NCBI GenBank assembly: GCA_030149205.1
Contig: JASBSB010000003.1
Location: 441,710 to 473,709 of the forward strand
Length of the DNA: 32,000 nt
DNA from: Candidatus Heimdallarchaeota archaeon
Lineage (GTDB): Archaea > Asgardarchaeota > Heimdallarchaeia > Heimdallarchaeales > Kariarchaeaceae
Direction of reading: 5' to 3'
Part shown: positions 20,129-28,559 of the stretch, in pieces
Layout: every line of letters starts with the position of its first letter
Position numbering within the stretch: position 1 is the stretch's first letter
Program-made: the position numbers and the translations under genes
Notes under the pieces: generated by a model
What the model was told of the DNA's origin: nothing
The model's input: only the letters and a program-made list of their open reading frames with translations
Database searches by the model: none

Positions 20129-21112
20129 TTAAACTAAGAATTCCTCAATTTTTTCATCCTTTAAATCATTTTCTAAATACATCTTTTCATAGTATTTTAT
20201 TGTACTTTTTAATCCATCATTTAATTTTGTTTTTGCTCGAAATCCAAATTTTTCATAAGCTTTAGTAGTATCTAACATCCTAATAGGTTGACCATCAGGT
20301 TTTGATTTATCCCAATTTATGACTCCATCAAACCCTGTGAGGTTTTTTATCAATTCAACTAGTTCTTTAATTTTAATTTGTTCACTTGATCCAATGTTTA
20401 TAGGGTCTATTTCGTTGTATAGTTCAGTAGCTTCTAAAATGGCTTCAGCAGCATCTTTTACGTAAATAAATTCTCTAGAAGCCGTACCGGTACCCCAAAC
20501 ATTTATGTATTTTTTTCCGAGCTCCTTAGCAAGGATACATTTTCTAATCAAAGCTGGAATTACGTGGGAAGAATTTAAGTCAAAGTTATCCCCCGGACCA
20601 TAAAGATTAACCATTAAGAGATGAATTCCTTGAAATTTATACTGATTAGCGTAAGCTTGAGTTTGAACCAACATCATCTTTTTTGCTAATCCATAAGGTG
20701 CATTGGTCTCTTCAGGATATCCATTCCATAAATCTTCTTCCTTAAAAGGTATAGGACAAAATTTGGGGTATGAACAAACTGTACCAATTCCGACAAATTT
20801 TTTAACGTTATTTATATACGATGTATGAACAAGATTTAAATTAATCATTGCGTTATCATAAAAAAACTCACCAGGATAATTTCGATTAGATCCAATACCA
20901 CCCATTTTTGCTGCCATATGAATTACAATTTCAGGTTTAGTTTTATCAAAGAGTTCAATTGCTTCAGATTGGATTCTCAAATCAAATTCCTTAGAAGATG
21001 GTGTTATTAAATTTGAATAACCATATTGTTTAAATTTTTCGACAACATGTTTTCCGAGAAAGCCATGAGCTCCAGTTAATAATACTTTTGAATTTTTAAA
21101 GGATGAAATCAT
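20129..21112 (-). CDS. fcl: GDP-L-fucose synthase
   Basis: TGAHGFLG, AAKMGGIG, GTVCSYPK, YPEETNAPYGLAKK, NLYGPGDNF and WGTGTASREF motifs. Confidence 0.95.
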   Translation of the reverse strand: MISSFKNSKVLLTGAHGFLGKHVVEKFKQYGYSNLITPSSKEFDLRIQSEAIELFDKTKPEIVIHMAAKMGGIGSNRNYPGEFFYDNAMINLNLVHTSYINNVKKFVGIGTVCSYPKFCPIPFKEEDLWNGYPEETNAPYGLAKKMMLVQTQAYANQYKFQGIHLLMVNLYGPGDNFDLNSSHVIPALIRKCILAKELGKKYINVWGTGTASREFIYVKDAAEAILEATELYNEIDPINIGSSEQIKIKELVELIKNLTGFDGVINWDKSKPDGQPIRMLDTTKAYEKFGFRAKTKLNDGLKSTIKYYEKMYLENDLKDEKIEEFLV

Positions 21113-21207
21113 ATAATTTAAATTGTTAAACCTCCTTATAATTTTTCAGATTAAGTAAGATTAAAATTTCTTTATATTACAAGAACTCAACAAAGCAGTA
21201 GAAGATT

Positions 21208-21885
21208 TTAAATTGTAGATTCGATTTTATTAACTAGATCAAGTGCATTTTTGTAAATTTCCATTGATTCTTGATCATTTATTGAAAAGACCATTATTTT
21301 TCTAATTGTATTTCTAAATTTCATTCTTTCTCTTTCTTTAAAACCAAGTTTTTTATATAAATTGTTTATAACAGGGTCTTCTTCATGAATAATCGCTTTA
21401 ATTTCTGTAGCCCCTCTTAATAGACAATCTTCCATTGCTTTTATATAAATTACTTTTCCGATTTTTCTTCCTCTAAATTCTGGTTTTAACCCTGCAATAA
21501 TTAATTCAACTTGTGTACTTTGAGAATTTAATTTTTTCATTACTGATCTTACTTTAAAATATTCAAATAAAAATTTAGGGGAGGTTAAAAGTTTTGTTCC
21601 AAATATCAAGAGTATTTTGAAAAAGTGTTTCCTAACTACATTTGAATACAATTTTGAAGAATTTAATGTATAGGCAATGTAGCCACCTAACTTACCATAT
21701 TCTTCAAAAACAATCCCTGATGAATAATCCGAAGTAGCCAACTCTATGTTTATTAATTTTAATAATTTACTTCCAAATTGGGACACAAAATCATCAGGCA
21801 TAGCTTCCTTGTATAAAATTGCTGTTTCGTCAGTATCTCGGACTTCATACAGTCTAAATTTTTTATTCTTTAGGTTTAGAACCAT
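21208..21885 (-). CDS. GNAT-family N-acyltransferase
   Basis: Acyl-CoA-binding motif A (GLKPEFRGRKIGK) and a C-terminal LYKKLGFKE segment. Confidence 0.82.
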   Translation of the reverse strand: MVLNLKNKKFRLYEVRDTDETAILYKEAMPDDFVSQFGSKLLKLINIELATSDYSSGIVFEEYGKLGGYIAYTLNSSKLYSNVVRKHFFKILLIFGTKLLTSPKFLFEYFKVRSVMKKLNSQSTQVELIIAGLKPEFRGRKIGKVIYIKAMEDCLLRGATEIKAIIHEEDPVINNLYKKLGFKERERMKFRNTIRKIMVFSINDQESMEIYKNALDLVNKIESTI

Positions 21886-21986
21886 AATTAAAACAAATAA
21901 TTTCGCTTAAATATTTTGTGGTGACTAAAAAACAAGGTAATAAATTTACGACAAATTTTATTTGCGTGTATAAAATTAATTTGATT

Positions 21987-22757
21987 ATGAATAATTTAAA
22001 TGAAGGAGAATTTAAAGAAAGGGTGGTTTTAATTACTGGTTCTTCTCAGGGTTTAGGCGCACATTATGCGGAGAACTATGCTAGACTTGGAGCGAAAGTG
22101 ATGATAAATTATGTTTCAAATAACTCTAGAGATAAAATTATTGAGTTTAAGTCTCATTTACAAAATTTATATGGAACCGAAATTTCAATTTATCAGTCTG
22201 ATGTAAGAAGTTCTAACCAAGTCAATAGGATGGTCGATGAAATTAACGAACAATATGGAAATGTGGATATTTTGATAAATAATGCTGCGGTTTACCAAGA
22301 TAACGTAATTTGGAAGATGGAAGACAATATTTGGGATAACGTAGTTGACACCATACTAAAAGGTAGTTTTAATTGTATTCGTGCCGTTGTAAATGAAATG
22401 AGAAATAAAAGATGGGGAAGGATTGTAAATATTTCATCGGTTGTTGGACAAATTGGAGTTTTTGGAACCTCAAACTATTCTGCGGCAAAATCAGGACTTT
22501 TTGGATTAACTAAAGCTGTTGCAAAGGAAGTTGCCAATAGAGACATCACCGTAAATTGTCTTGCATTAGGGTATTTCAAAGAAGGTATGAACTTGAGACT
22601 ACCGAATGAAATTCAAAACTCAACATTAGCCAAAATACCAATGGGGAGATTTGGGGAGATTGAGGAGGTAGTGAAGTTCCTGCAATTTTTAACCTCAAAT
22701 GATTCAAGTTACCTTACCGGTCAGGTTATTCACTTAAATGGAGGAATTTACATGTAA
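21987..22757 (+). CDS. fabG: FabG/PhaB-like short-chain dehydrogenase (3-oxoacyl reductase)
   Basis: TGSSQGLG, LINNA, NISSVVG, NYSAAK (YxxxK), IPMGRFG and TGQVIHLNGG motifs. The start is placed at ATG 21987; the ORF track uses GTG 21918. Confidence 0.85.
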   Translation: MNNLNEGEFKERVVLITGSSQGLGAHYAENYARLGAKVMINYVSNNSRDKIIEFKSHLQNLYGTEISIYQSDVRSSNQVNRMVDEINEQYGNVDILINNAAVYQDNVIWKMEDNIWDNVVDTILKGSFNCIRAVVNEMRNKRWGRIVNISSVVGQIGVFGTSNYSAAKSGLFGLTKAVAKEVANRDITVNCLALGYFKEGMNLRLPNEIQNSTLAKIPMGRFGEIEEVVKFLQFLTSNDSSYLTGQVIHLNGGIYM

Positions 22758-22924
22758 CCTTGTGTAAATTCAATATTCTATTGATACAATTATAATATCA
22801 TGAAAATCACAAAATTTAACATTTGAGTTTAAATAATTGATAATTTATTAATTAATTAAATATTTAATGTTGGTTTTAGGTTATCCTGAAAAACCTTGAA
22901 TATGATTTATATAAAATATTATTT

Positions 22925-23641
22925 ATGATGAGGATTAATCTAATTAATATGAAAATAGATTTATGTATTTTGACATGGAATGAAATTGATGGAATTTCTG
23001 AACTTTTTCCTAAAATTAACAAAAAATTATTTTCTAATATTTTCGCAATGGACAGGGGTTCAGAAGATGGGACTCTAGATTATTATAAGAATCATAATAT
23101 ACCCTTTTTTGTTCAAAACAAACCTGGAAGAGGGAATGCATTTATTGAAGCTTTTGAGAGAACAGAAAATGATGCTATAGTATTTTTTTCAGGGGATGGC
23201 AACGAAAATCCGGAAGATTTGGAAACGTTTGTTAAATTTCTCAACGAGGGTTATGATTTAGTTATTGGAGGACGTTTCATACTAAAGGGCTCAAAGAGTG
23301 ATAATTCAGACGACTTTTTCAGATTAAGATGGTTGGGGAACATATTTTTTAGCATAATTGCGAGATTGATTTGGAAGACAGGGGTTTACGATTCTATAAA
23401 TGGTTATCGTGGAATTACAAGAAGAGCAATGTATAAAATGAAACTAGATGCTCAAAAACATGAAATAGAACTACAATCAACAATAAGAGCAGCAAAACTC
23501 AATTTAAGAATTAAAGAATTTCCAACTAAAGAATTAGAAAGGGTGGGTGGAGAGAGAAAATATACTGCTGGGACTTTTACCCTTGGAAAAACTTTATCAA
23601 AGATGCTTATACAAGAAATTTTTAAAAGAAAGGATTTTTAG
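22925..23641 (+). CDS. GT2, polyprenol/dolichol-phosphate glycosyltransferase-like (DPM/ArnC type)
   Basis: ILTWNE, MDRGSEDGT, GRGNA, FSGDGNENPEDL, YDLVIGGRF and DSINGYRG motifs. Alternative start at 22949. Confidence 0.85.
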   Translation: MMRINLINMKIDLCILTWNEIDGISELFPKINKKLFSNIFAMDRGSEDGTLDYYKNHNIPFFVQNKPGRGNAFIEAFERTENDAIVFFSGDGNENPEDLETFVKFLNEGYDLVIGGRFILKGSKSDNSDDFFRLRWLGNIFFSIIARLIWKTGVYDSINGYRGITRRAMYKMKLDAQKHEIELQSTIRAAKLNLRIKEFPTKELERVGGERKYTAGTFTLGKTLSKMLIQEIFKRKDF

Positions 23642-23650
23642 AAAAAAAAT

Positions 23651-24022
23651 ATGTTTGAGTTAATTATTTTCGTCTTACTAATTGCATTAATACACACAAT
23701 TGGAGAAATCATATATAAAATTGGGTCTAAAAATTATTTTTTATCTTCAAATAAATTGAGTTTCAGATCTATGATTGGCTTTTTTTTCCAGAAGTTGGTC
23801 GTGATAAGCTTAAGTTTATCTTTAATTTCAAGGATAATGTTTGGTTTTGCAATACAAAATGCAAATTTTAGTGTAGCACCTGCAATTTATTTAGCATTTA
23901 ATATTCTGCTTAGTCAAGTTGGAGGATACTTCTTTTTTAGTGAAGAAATTACAAAAACACAATTTGTGGGATTTATTTCAGTGACTATAGGGATATTTCT
24001 GATTGGTGGTACAGTAATATGA
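23651..24022 (+). CDS. Small 4-TM DMT/EamA protein (ArnE/F-like)
   Basis: IGEIIYK, FSVAPAIY and FFFSEEITKTQFVGFISVTIG segments. The stop overlaps the next start (ATGA). Confidence 0.75.
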   Translation: MFELIIFVLLIALIHTIGEIIYKIGSKNYFLSSNKLSFRSMIGFFFQKLVVISLSLSLISRIMFGFAIQNANFSVAPAIYLAFNILLSQVGGYFFFSEEITKTQFVGFISVTIGIFLIGGTVI

Positions 24023-24432
24023 GAAATCGTAGTTTCTTCTTGTTGATATTTGCAGCAGCGCTTAGCTATACAATATCAGACTTATTTTTAAAATTGTCAC
24101 AGATTTCTACTTTGATTAAACTAACAGTAAATTCAAATCCTGAAAGCTATTGGTTGATATTTTTACTTATAATTGGGTTAATGTTTACTTTTTCAAACAA
24201 GATTTTGTCTGCTCTCATATTATCTAAATATCCTATAGGCATCACAACTGCTATAACCCTTTCAACAATCATAATACTAAGCGGGGTTATTGGAACATTT
24301 ATATTTAAAGAAACTGTAACTTTTATGCAAATTTTAGGATTTGTTTCCATAATTTTTGGGATCATTCTAATATCAACTAACAAAAATATAAAATCGACTA
24401 TTCCAAAACAAAGTCAAGATTTGTCCACCTAA
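24019..24432 (+). CDS. Small 4-TM DMT/EamA protein (ArnE/F-like)
   Basis: ISDLFLK and IFKETVTFMQILGFVSIIFGIILI segments. Translationally coupled to the previous gene. Confidence 0.75.
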   Translation: MRNRSFFLLIFAAALSYTISDLFLKLSQISTLIKLTVNSNPESYWLIFLLIIGLMFTFSNKILSALILSKYPIGITTAITLSTIIILSGVIGTFIFKETVTFMQILGFVSIIFGIILISTNKNIKSTIPKQSQDLST

Positions 24433-25399
24433 TGTGATCATTTGTATATTTCAAATCTAAAGGATCTTCTATTATACCAAGTTTTATTGCTTCAATAATT
24501 TGAACAACTCCCTGTATTAAATTGTATTTTGGTTCAAAGCCAATTTTGTTTTTAATCTTTTCATTTGAAACTTTATAATTCCTATTGTCATTACCATCCT
24601 CCACAATCTCAAAATTTACCTTAATTAATTTACTAATTTCAGTGATTAATTGATTCTTGTTGATATTAAACGATAATACGTTGAATATTTGAGATGAGAT
24701 ATCATTTGTTTCAAAGTTAATTATTTGAATAATACTTTCCGAAGCATCTTTTACATGTAAATAGGGTCTCCAAGAATTAGGAGAATAGATTTGAATTTTC
24801 GTTCCCATTGTTGCTTTCATTGAGATTTCATTTATCAACAAATCAAATCTCATCCTAGGTGATAATCCAAAAATTGTCCCAAATCTCAGAATTGTTAAAC
24901 GAGGTTTAGAGGTTTTAGCTAGCTTAATTAATTCTAATTCAGTATTAACCTTAGTTTGTGCATATAAGGAAAGCGGGTGTAGTTGATCATCTTCTGTTGC
25001 ATATTTTTCACCTTCCGTAACTCCATAATTGCTACAAGTAGAAATAAAAATAAATTTAGGTATAGATCGAATAGAAGCAAATTTATACAATTTTATGGAT
25101 GCATTTTGATTTACTTCCATAGTATTTGCTTGAAAATTTTCACAGAGTTGATGGCTGACATAAGCTGCTAAATGTACAATTGCATAAAACGATCCATCAA
25201 TGATATTGTTCAACTTCTCTGTATCACGGATATCCCCTTTAATAAGTGAAAACTTATCGTTATCCATCAGGTCAAGAATGTGTTGAGCACCCATCATAAA
25301 ATTATCATATATCACAACTTCGAATCCTTGGGTGAGGAGATCTCTTATTAAAATTGAACCAATATAGCCTAAGCCACCTGTTACAAGAATTTTTTTCAA
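24398..25399 (-). CDS. NAD-dependent nucleotide-sugar epimerase/dehydratase (extended SDR)
   Basis: VTGGLGYIG, HLAA, STCSNYG, YAQTK, LRFGTIFGLSPRMRFDL and WRPYLHVKD motifs. Confidence 0.9.
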   Translation of the reverse strand: MKKILVTGGLGYIGSILIRDLLTQGFEVVIYDNFMMGAQHILDLMDNDKFSLIKGDIRDTEKLNNIIDGSFYAIVHLAAYVSHQLCENFQANTMEVNQNASIKLYKFASIRSIPKFIFISTCSNYGVTEGEKYATEDDQLHPLSLYAQTKVNTELELIKLAKTSKPRLTILRFGTIFGLSPRMRFDLLINEISMKATMGTKIQIYSPNSWRPYLHVKDASESIIQIINFETNDISSQIFNVLSFNINKNQLITEISKLIKVNFEIVEDGNDNRNYKVSNEKIKNKIGFEPKYNLIQGVVQIIEAIKLGIIEDPLDLKYTNDHIRWTNLDFVLE

Positions 25400-25403
25400 T
25401 GAA

Positions 25404-26126
25404 TCATCCCCTGAGAATTGTCACAAATATTCTCCATCCGTGTTTTATTGCACTCACTTTAGATTCTCCTGCAAATCTTGCTCTTTCAATTGAAGGAATC
25501 TCTATAAATTGATATCCCGCTTTTTTAGCTTTTATCAATACTTCTATACAATATGCAAAATCTTCAGAATTTACCTGAATTTTTTCGAAGGCGTCCTTTG
25601 GGAAGGCAGCATAGAGAAAAAGTGCATCAGAAACTCCAAGGTTATGGCGAAAATTAGTGAACCAAGTAAAAAATTTATTCCCTAAACCCCGTATAAAGGT
25701 GTCATCATCAGTTCCAGAATTATGAGTATACCTAGATGCAATTGCAATTGTATTTGGGTTTTGATTTACAATATCTACAAGTTTAGGGAGATCTTGAGGA
25801 TTATGAGAACCGTCCCCATCCATTAAAACAATTATTTCCCCTTTAGATTTTTCAATTCCCTCTTTAAATGCAGAACCATACCCCTTCCCATTTTGTCTTA
25901 AGACAGAGTATCCAGCCTCTTCTACTTCTTTAACAGTATTATCTGTTGAGTTCCCATCGATAATCAAAATTTCGGTAATTTTTTCTTTCGGCATTTCTTT
26001 TAGTACAGATCCAATACATCCTTCTTCATTGTATGTAGGAATCACCACAGATACACCTTTATCAATTGATGCATTCACAATCAGAAACGATTGTACTAAT
26101 AAATAGACTTTATGATTAATCCTCAA
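25404..26126 (-). CDS. GT2, polyprenol/dolichol-phosphate glycosyltransferase-like
   Basis: VVIPTYNEE, IDGNSTDNT, KGYGSA, LMDGDGSHNPQDL, IASRY and RFAGESK motifs. The true start is probably somewhat downstream. Confidence 0.9.
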   Translation of the reverse strand: MRINHKVYLLVQSFLIVNASIDKGVSVVIPTYNEEGCIGSVLKEMPKEKITEILIIDGNSTDNTVKEVEEAGYSVLRQNGKGYGSAFKEGIEKSKGEIIVLMDGDGSHNPQDLPKLVDIVNQNPNTIAIASRYTHNSGTDDDTFIRGLGNKFFTWFTNFRHNLGVSDALFLYAAFPKDAFEKIQVNSEDFAYCIEVLIKAKKAGYQFIEIPSIERARFAGESKVSAIKHGWRIFVTILRG

Positions 26127-26167
26127 TTTTCTTTAAATGATCAGAAAAAAATTTATAGATCCTTAAA

Positions 26168-27265
26168 ATGAATAAAAATATGACTCAAACCTTTATTCCT
26201 CAAATGGAACCGGTTTACGGAGAAGAGGAAAAACTTGCACTTATACAATATCTGAATGAAGGAGGTTGGGGCACTGAATTTAACAAAACTTTAGAGTTTG
26301 AAAATAAAGTGGCCAAATTTACCAATGTAAAATATGCGATCGCAACTAATAATGGCACTATATCATTGACCTTAAGTATGCTGTCTTTAGGATTGAAGCC
26401 AGGAGATGAAGTTTTAATTCCAAACCTTACGATGATAGCAACGTATACATCTGCTTTAATGATAGGTCTAAAACCAATATTGGTTGATATTGACCCTACC
26501 AATTTATGCATAAATATTGAAGAAGCTAGACGAAAAATAGGAAAAAAAACAAAAGCATTGGTATATGTATCTCTTAATGGGAGATCTCATGATATGAATA
26601 TGGTCAAAGACTTTTGCATTGATAATAATCTCTTTCTTATTGAAGATGCAGCACAATCATTAGGCTCTTATAATTTTGATAAGAAACATTTGGGATCATT
26701 CGGAGATTTTGGATCTCTCTCATTTAGCACACCCAAAATAATCAGTACTGGGCAAGGAGGAATGATATTAACAAATGATGAAGATTTAGCTCACAAAGTG
26801 AGAAAATTAAAAAATTTCGGTAGGATTGAAGGTGGAAATGATTATCATGACTCAGTAGGTTATAATTTTAAATTTACAGATTTCCAAGCAGTTATTGGTA
26901 TAGAACAAATGAAAAAATTACCAAATAGAATCAAATGGAAAAAAGAAATGTATGAACTTTATGAGGAATTATTGAACCATAAATTTGTAGAGTTTATACA
27001 TACTGATCTTAAGAGGACATCCCCATGGTTTATCGATATTTATATCTCTGAACGATCTAAGTTGATGAAGATTTTAAAAACTAACAATTATGGATCTAGG
27101 CCGATTTATCCACCTATAAGTTCCCAACCAATATTAAATTTAAATGAGAAATTTCCTGTAACTGAAAAATATTCAAATAGAGGACTTTGGTTACCCTCTA
27201 GTTCAAGTCTGACAGAAGATGACATAATTGCTTTATCGAATTGTATTAATGAATGGATCCGATAG
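26168..27265 (+). CDS. DegT/DnrJ/EryC1/StrS sugar aminotransferase (perosamine-synthase-like)
   Basis: IPQMEP, NGTISL, IEDAAQSLG, SFSTPKIISTGQGG (PLP-binding Lys), GYNFKFTD and GLWLPS motifs. Directly upstream of gmd. Confidence 0.92.
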   Translation: MNKNMTQTFIPQMEPVYGEEEKLALIQYLNEGGWGTEFNKTLEFENKVAKFTNVKYAIATNNGTISLTLSMLSLGLKPGDEVLIPNLTMIATYTSALMIGLKPILVDIDPTNLCINIEEARRKIGKKTKALVYVSLNGRSHDMNMVKDFCIDNNLFLIEDAAQSLGSYNFDKKHLGSFGDFGSLSFSTPKIISTGQGGMILTNDEDLAHKVRKLKNFGRIEGGNDYHDSVGYNFKFTDFQAVIGIEQMKKLPNRIKWKKEMYELYEELLNHKFVEFIHTDLKRTSPWFIDIYISERSKLMKILKTNNYGSRPIYPPISSQPILNLNEKFPVTEKYSNRGLWLPSSSSLTEDDIIALSNCINEWIR

Positions 27266-27309
27266 TAAATGAATAAAAGATTTAAAAAGTTTTTTTTGTA
27301 CTTAAGGCT

Positions 27310-28365
27310 GTGACTAAAATTGCGTTAATTACTGGCATAACTGGTCAAGATGGCTCATATTTGGTAGAATACCTCCTATCTTTGAATTATGAAGTTCATG
27401 GAATCATTCGAAGGTCTTCTTCCTTCAATACGAGGAGAATTGATCATTTATATAAGGATAGTCATGCGGAAAATGTGAATTTGTTTTTGCACTATGGAGA
27501 TATAACAGATTATGGTAGACTTTCAGGATTGATTAGAGAGATACAGCCAGATGAGGTCTATAATCTTGCTGCACAAAGTCACGTAAGAGTAAGTTTTGAT
27601 ATGCCAGAATATACTGGACAAGCTACTGCACTTGGGACGACTTGTATATTAGAAGCACTTAGAAAAAACAATGGGGACACGAAATTTTATCAGGCTTCCT
27701 CATCTGAAATGTTTGGAAGCGCCTTACCACCACAATCAGAAGTTACAAGATTTCATCCGAGAAGTCCTTATGCTGTCGCTAAAGTTTATTCATTTTGGAT
27801 GACTGTAAATTACAGAGAAGCCTATGGAATGCATGCTTCAAACGGTATACTATTTAATCATGAATCACCTAGAAGGGGAGAAACCTTTGTAACTAAAAAA
27901 ATAACCTCTGCAGCAGCAAAAATCAAAAAAGGTATTCAAAAGTTCCTTTATCTTGGTAACTTAAATTCAAAAAGAGATTGGGGATTTACTCCAGAATACG
28001 TAAAGGGTATGTATGATATACTCCAATTAGATAAACCAGTAGATCTAGTTTTAGCCACAGGTAAATCTGCTTCTGTTTATGAATTTTTAGAATACGTGTT
28101 CGAATACGCTGACCTCGATCCAGATAAGCATATAAAAATTGACCCAAGGTATTTTAGACCTTCAGAGGTTGAATCATTATTAGGTGACATATCTAAGGCA
28201 AAAAACACAATAGGATGGTCACCAAAAGTTAATATCAAGGATTTAGCAAAAATTATGACTGATTTTGATTTCCTTGAAAATGGTTTAGAACCAATCGGAG
28301 AAGGGGTTAAAATTATGGAAAGACTTGGCTTAAATTGGACTAAAATTCCAAGGAATATGATTTGA
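27310..28365 (+). CDS. gmd: GDP-mannose 4,6-dehydratase
   Basis: [59 protein letters not shown] and RDWG motifs. GTG start. Confidence 0.97.
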   Translation: MTKIALITGITGQDGSYLVEYLLSLNYEVHGIIRRSSSFNTRRIDHLYKDSHAENVNLFLHYGDITDYGRLSGLIREIQPDEVYNLAAQSHVRVSFDMPEYTGQATALGTTCILEALRKNNGDTKFYQASSSEMFGSALPPQSEVTRFHPRSPYAVAKVYSFWMTVNYREAYGMHASNGILFNHESPRRGETFVTKKITSAAAKIKKGIQKFLYLGNLNSKRDWGFTPEYVKGMYDILQLDKPVDLVLATGKSASVYEFLEYVFEYADLDPDKHIKIDPRYFRPSEVESLLGDISKAKNTIGWSPKVNIKDLAKIMTDFDFLENGLEPIGEGVKIMERLGLNWTKIPRNMI

Positions 28366-28559
28366 CTTCAAATTATTCATTTGTGTCATGACAATCATAA
28401 ATCTAAAATTATCTATATTTATATATCACAATTTGCCTTATATAAAAAACCTTATACCTGATTACTATTATTCTTAAAATGGTTGATTTTTTGAGAGATG
28501 AAGATGGGGAAGCTTAAACTAGGAATTAATCTCAATCTATTCTTATCCCTCTCTTTGAA

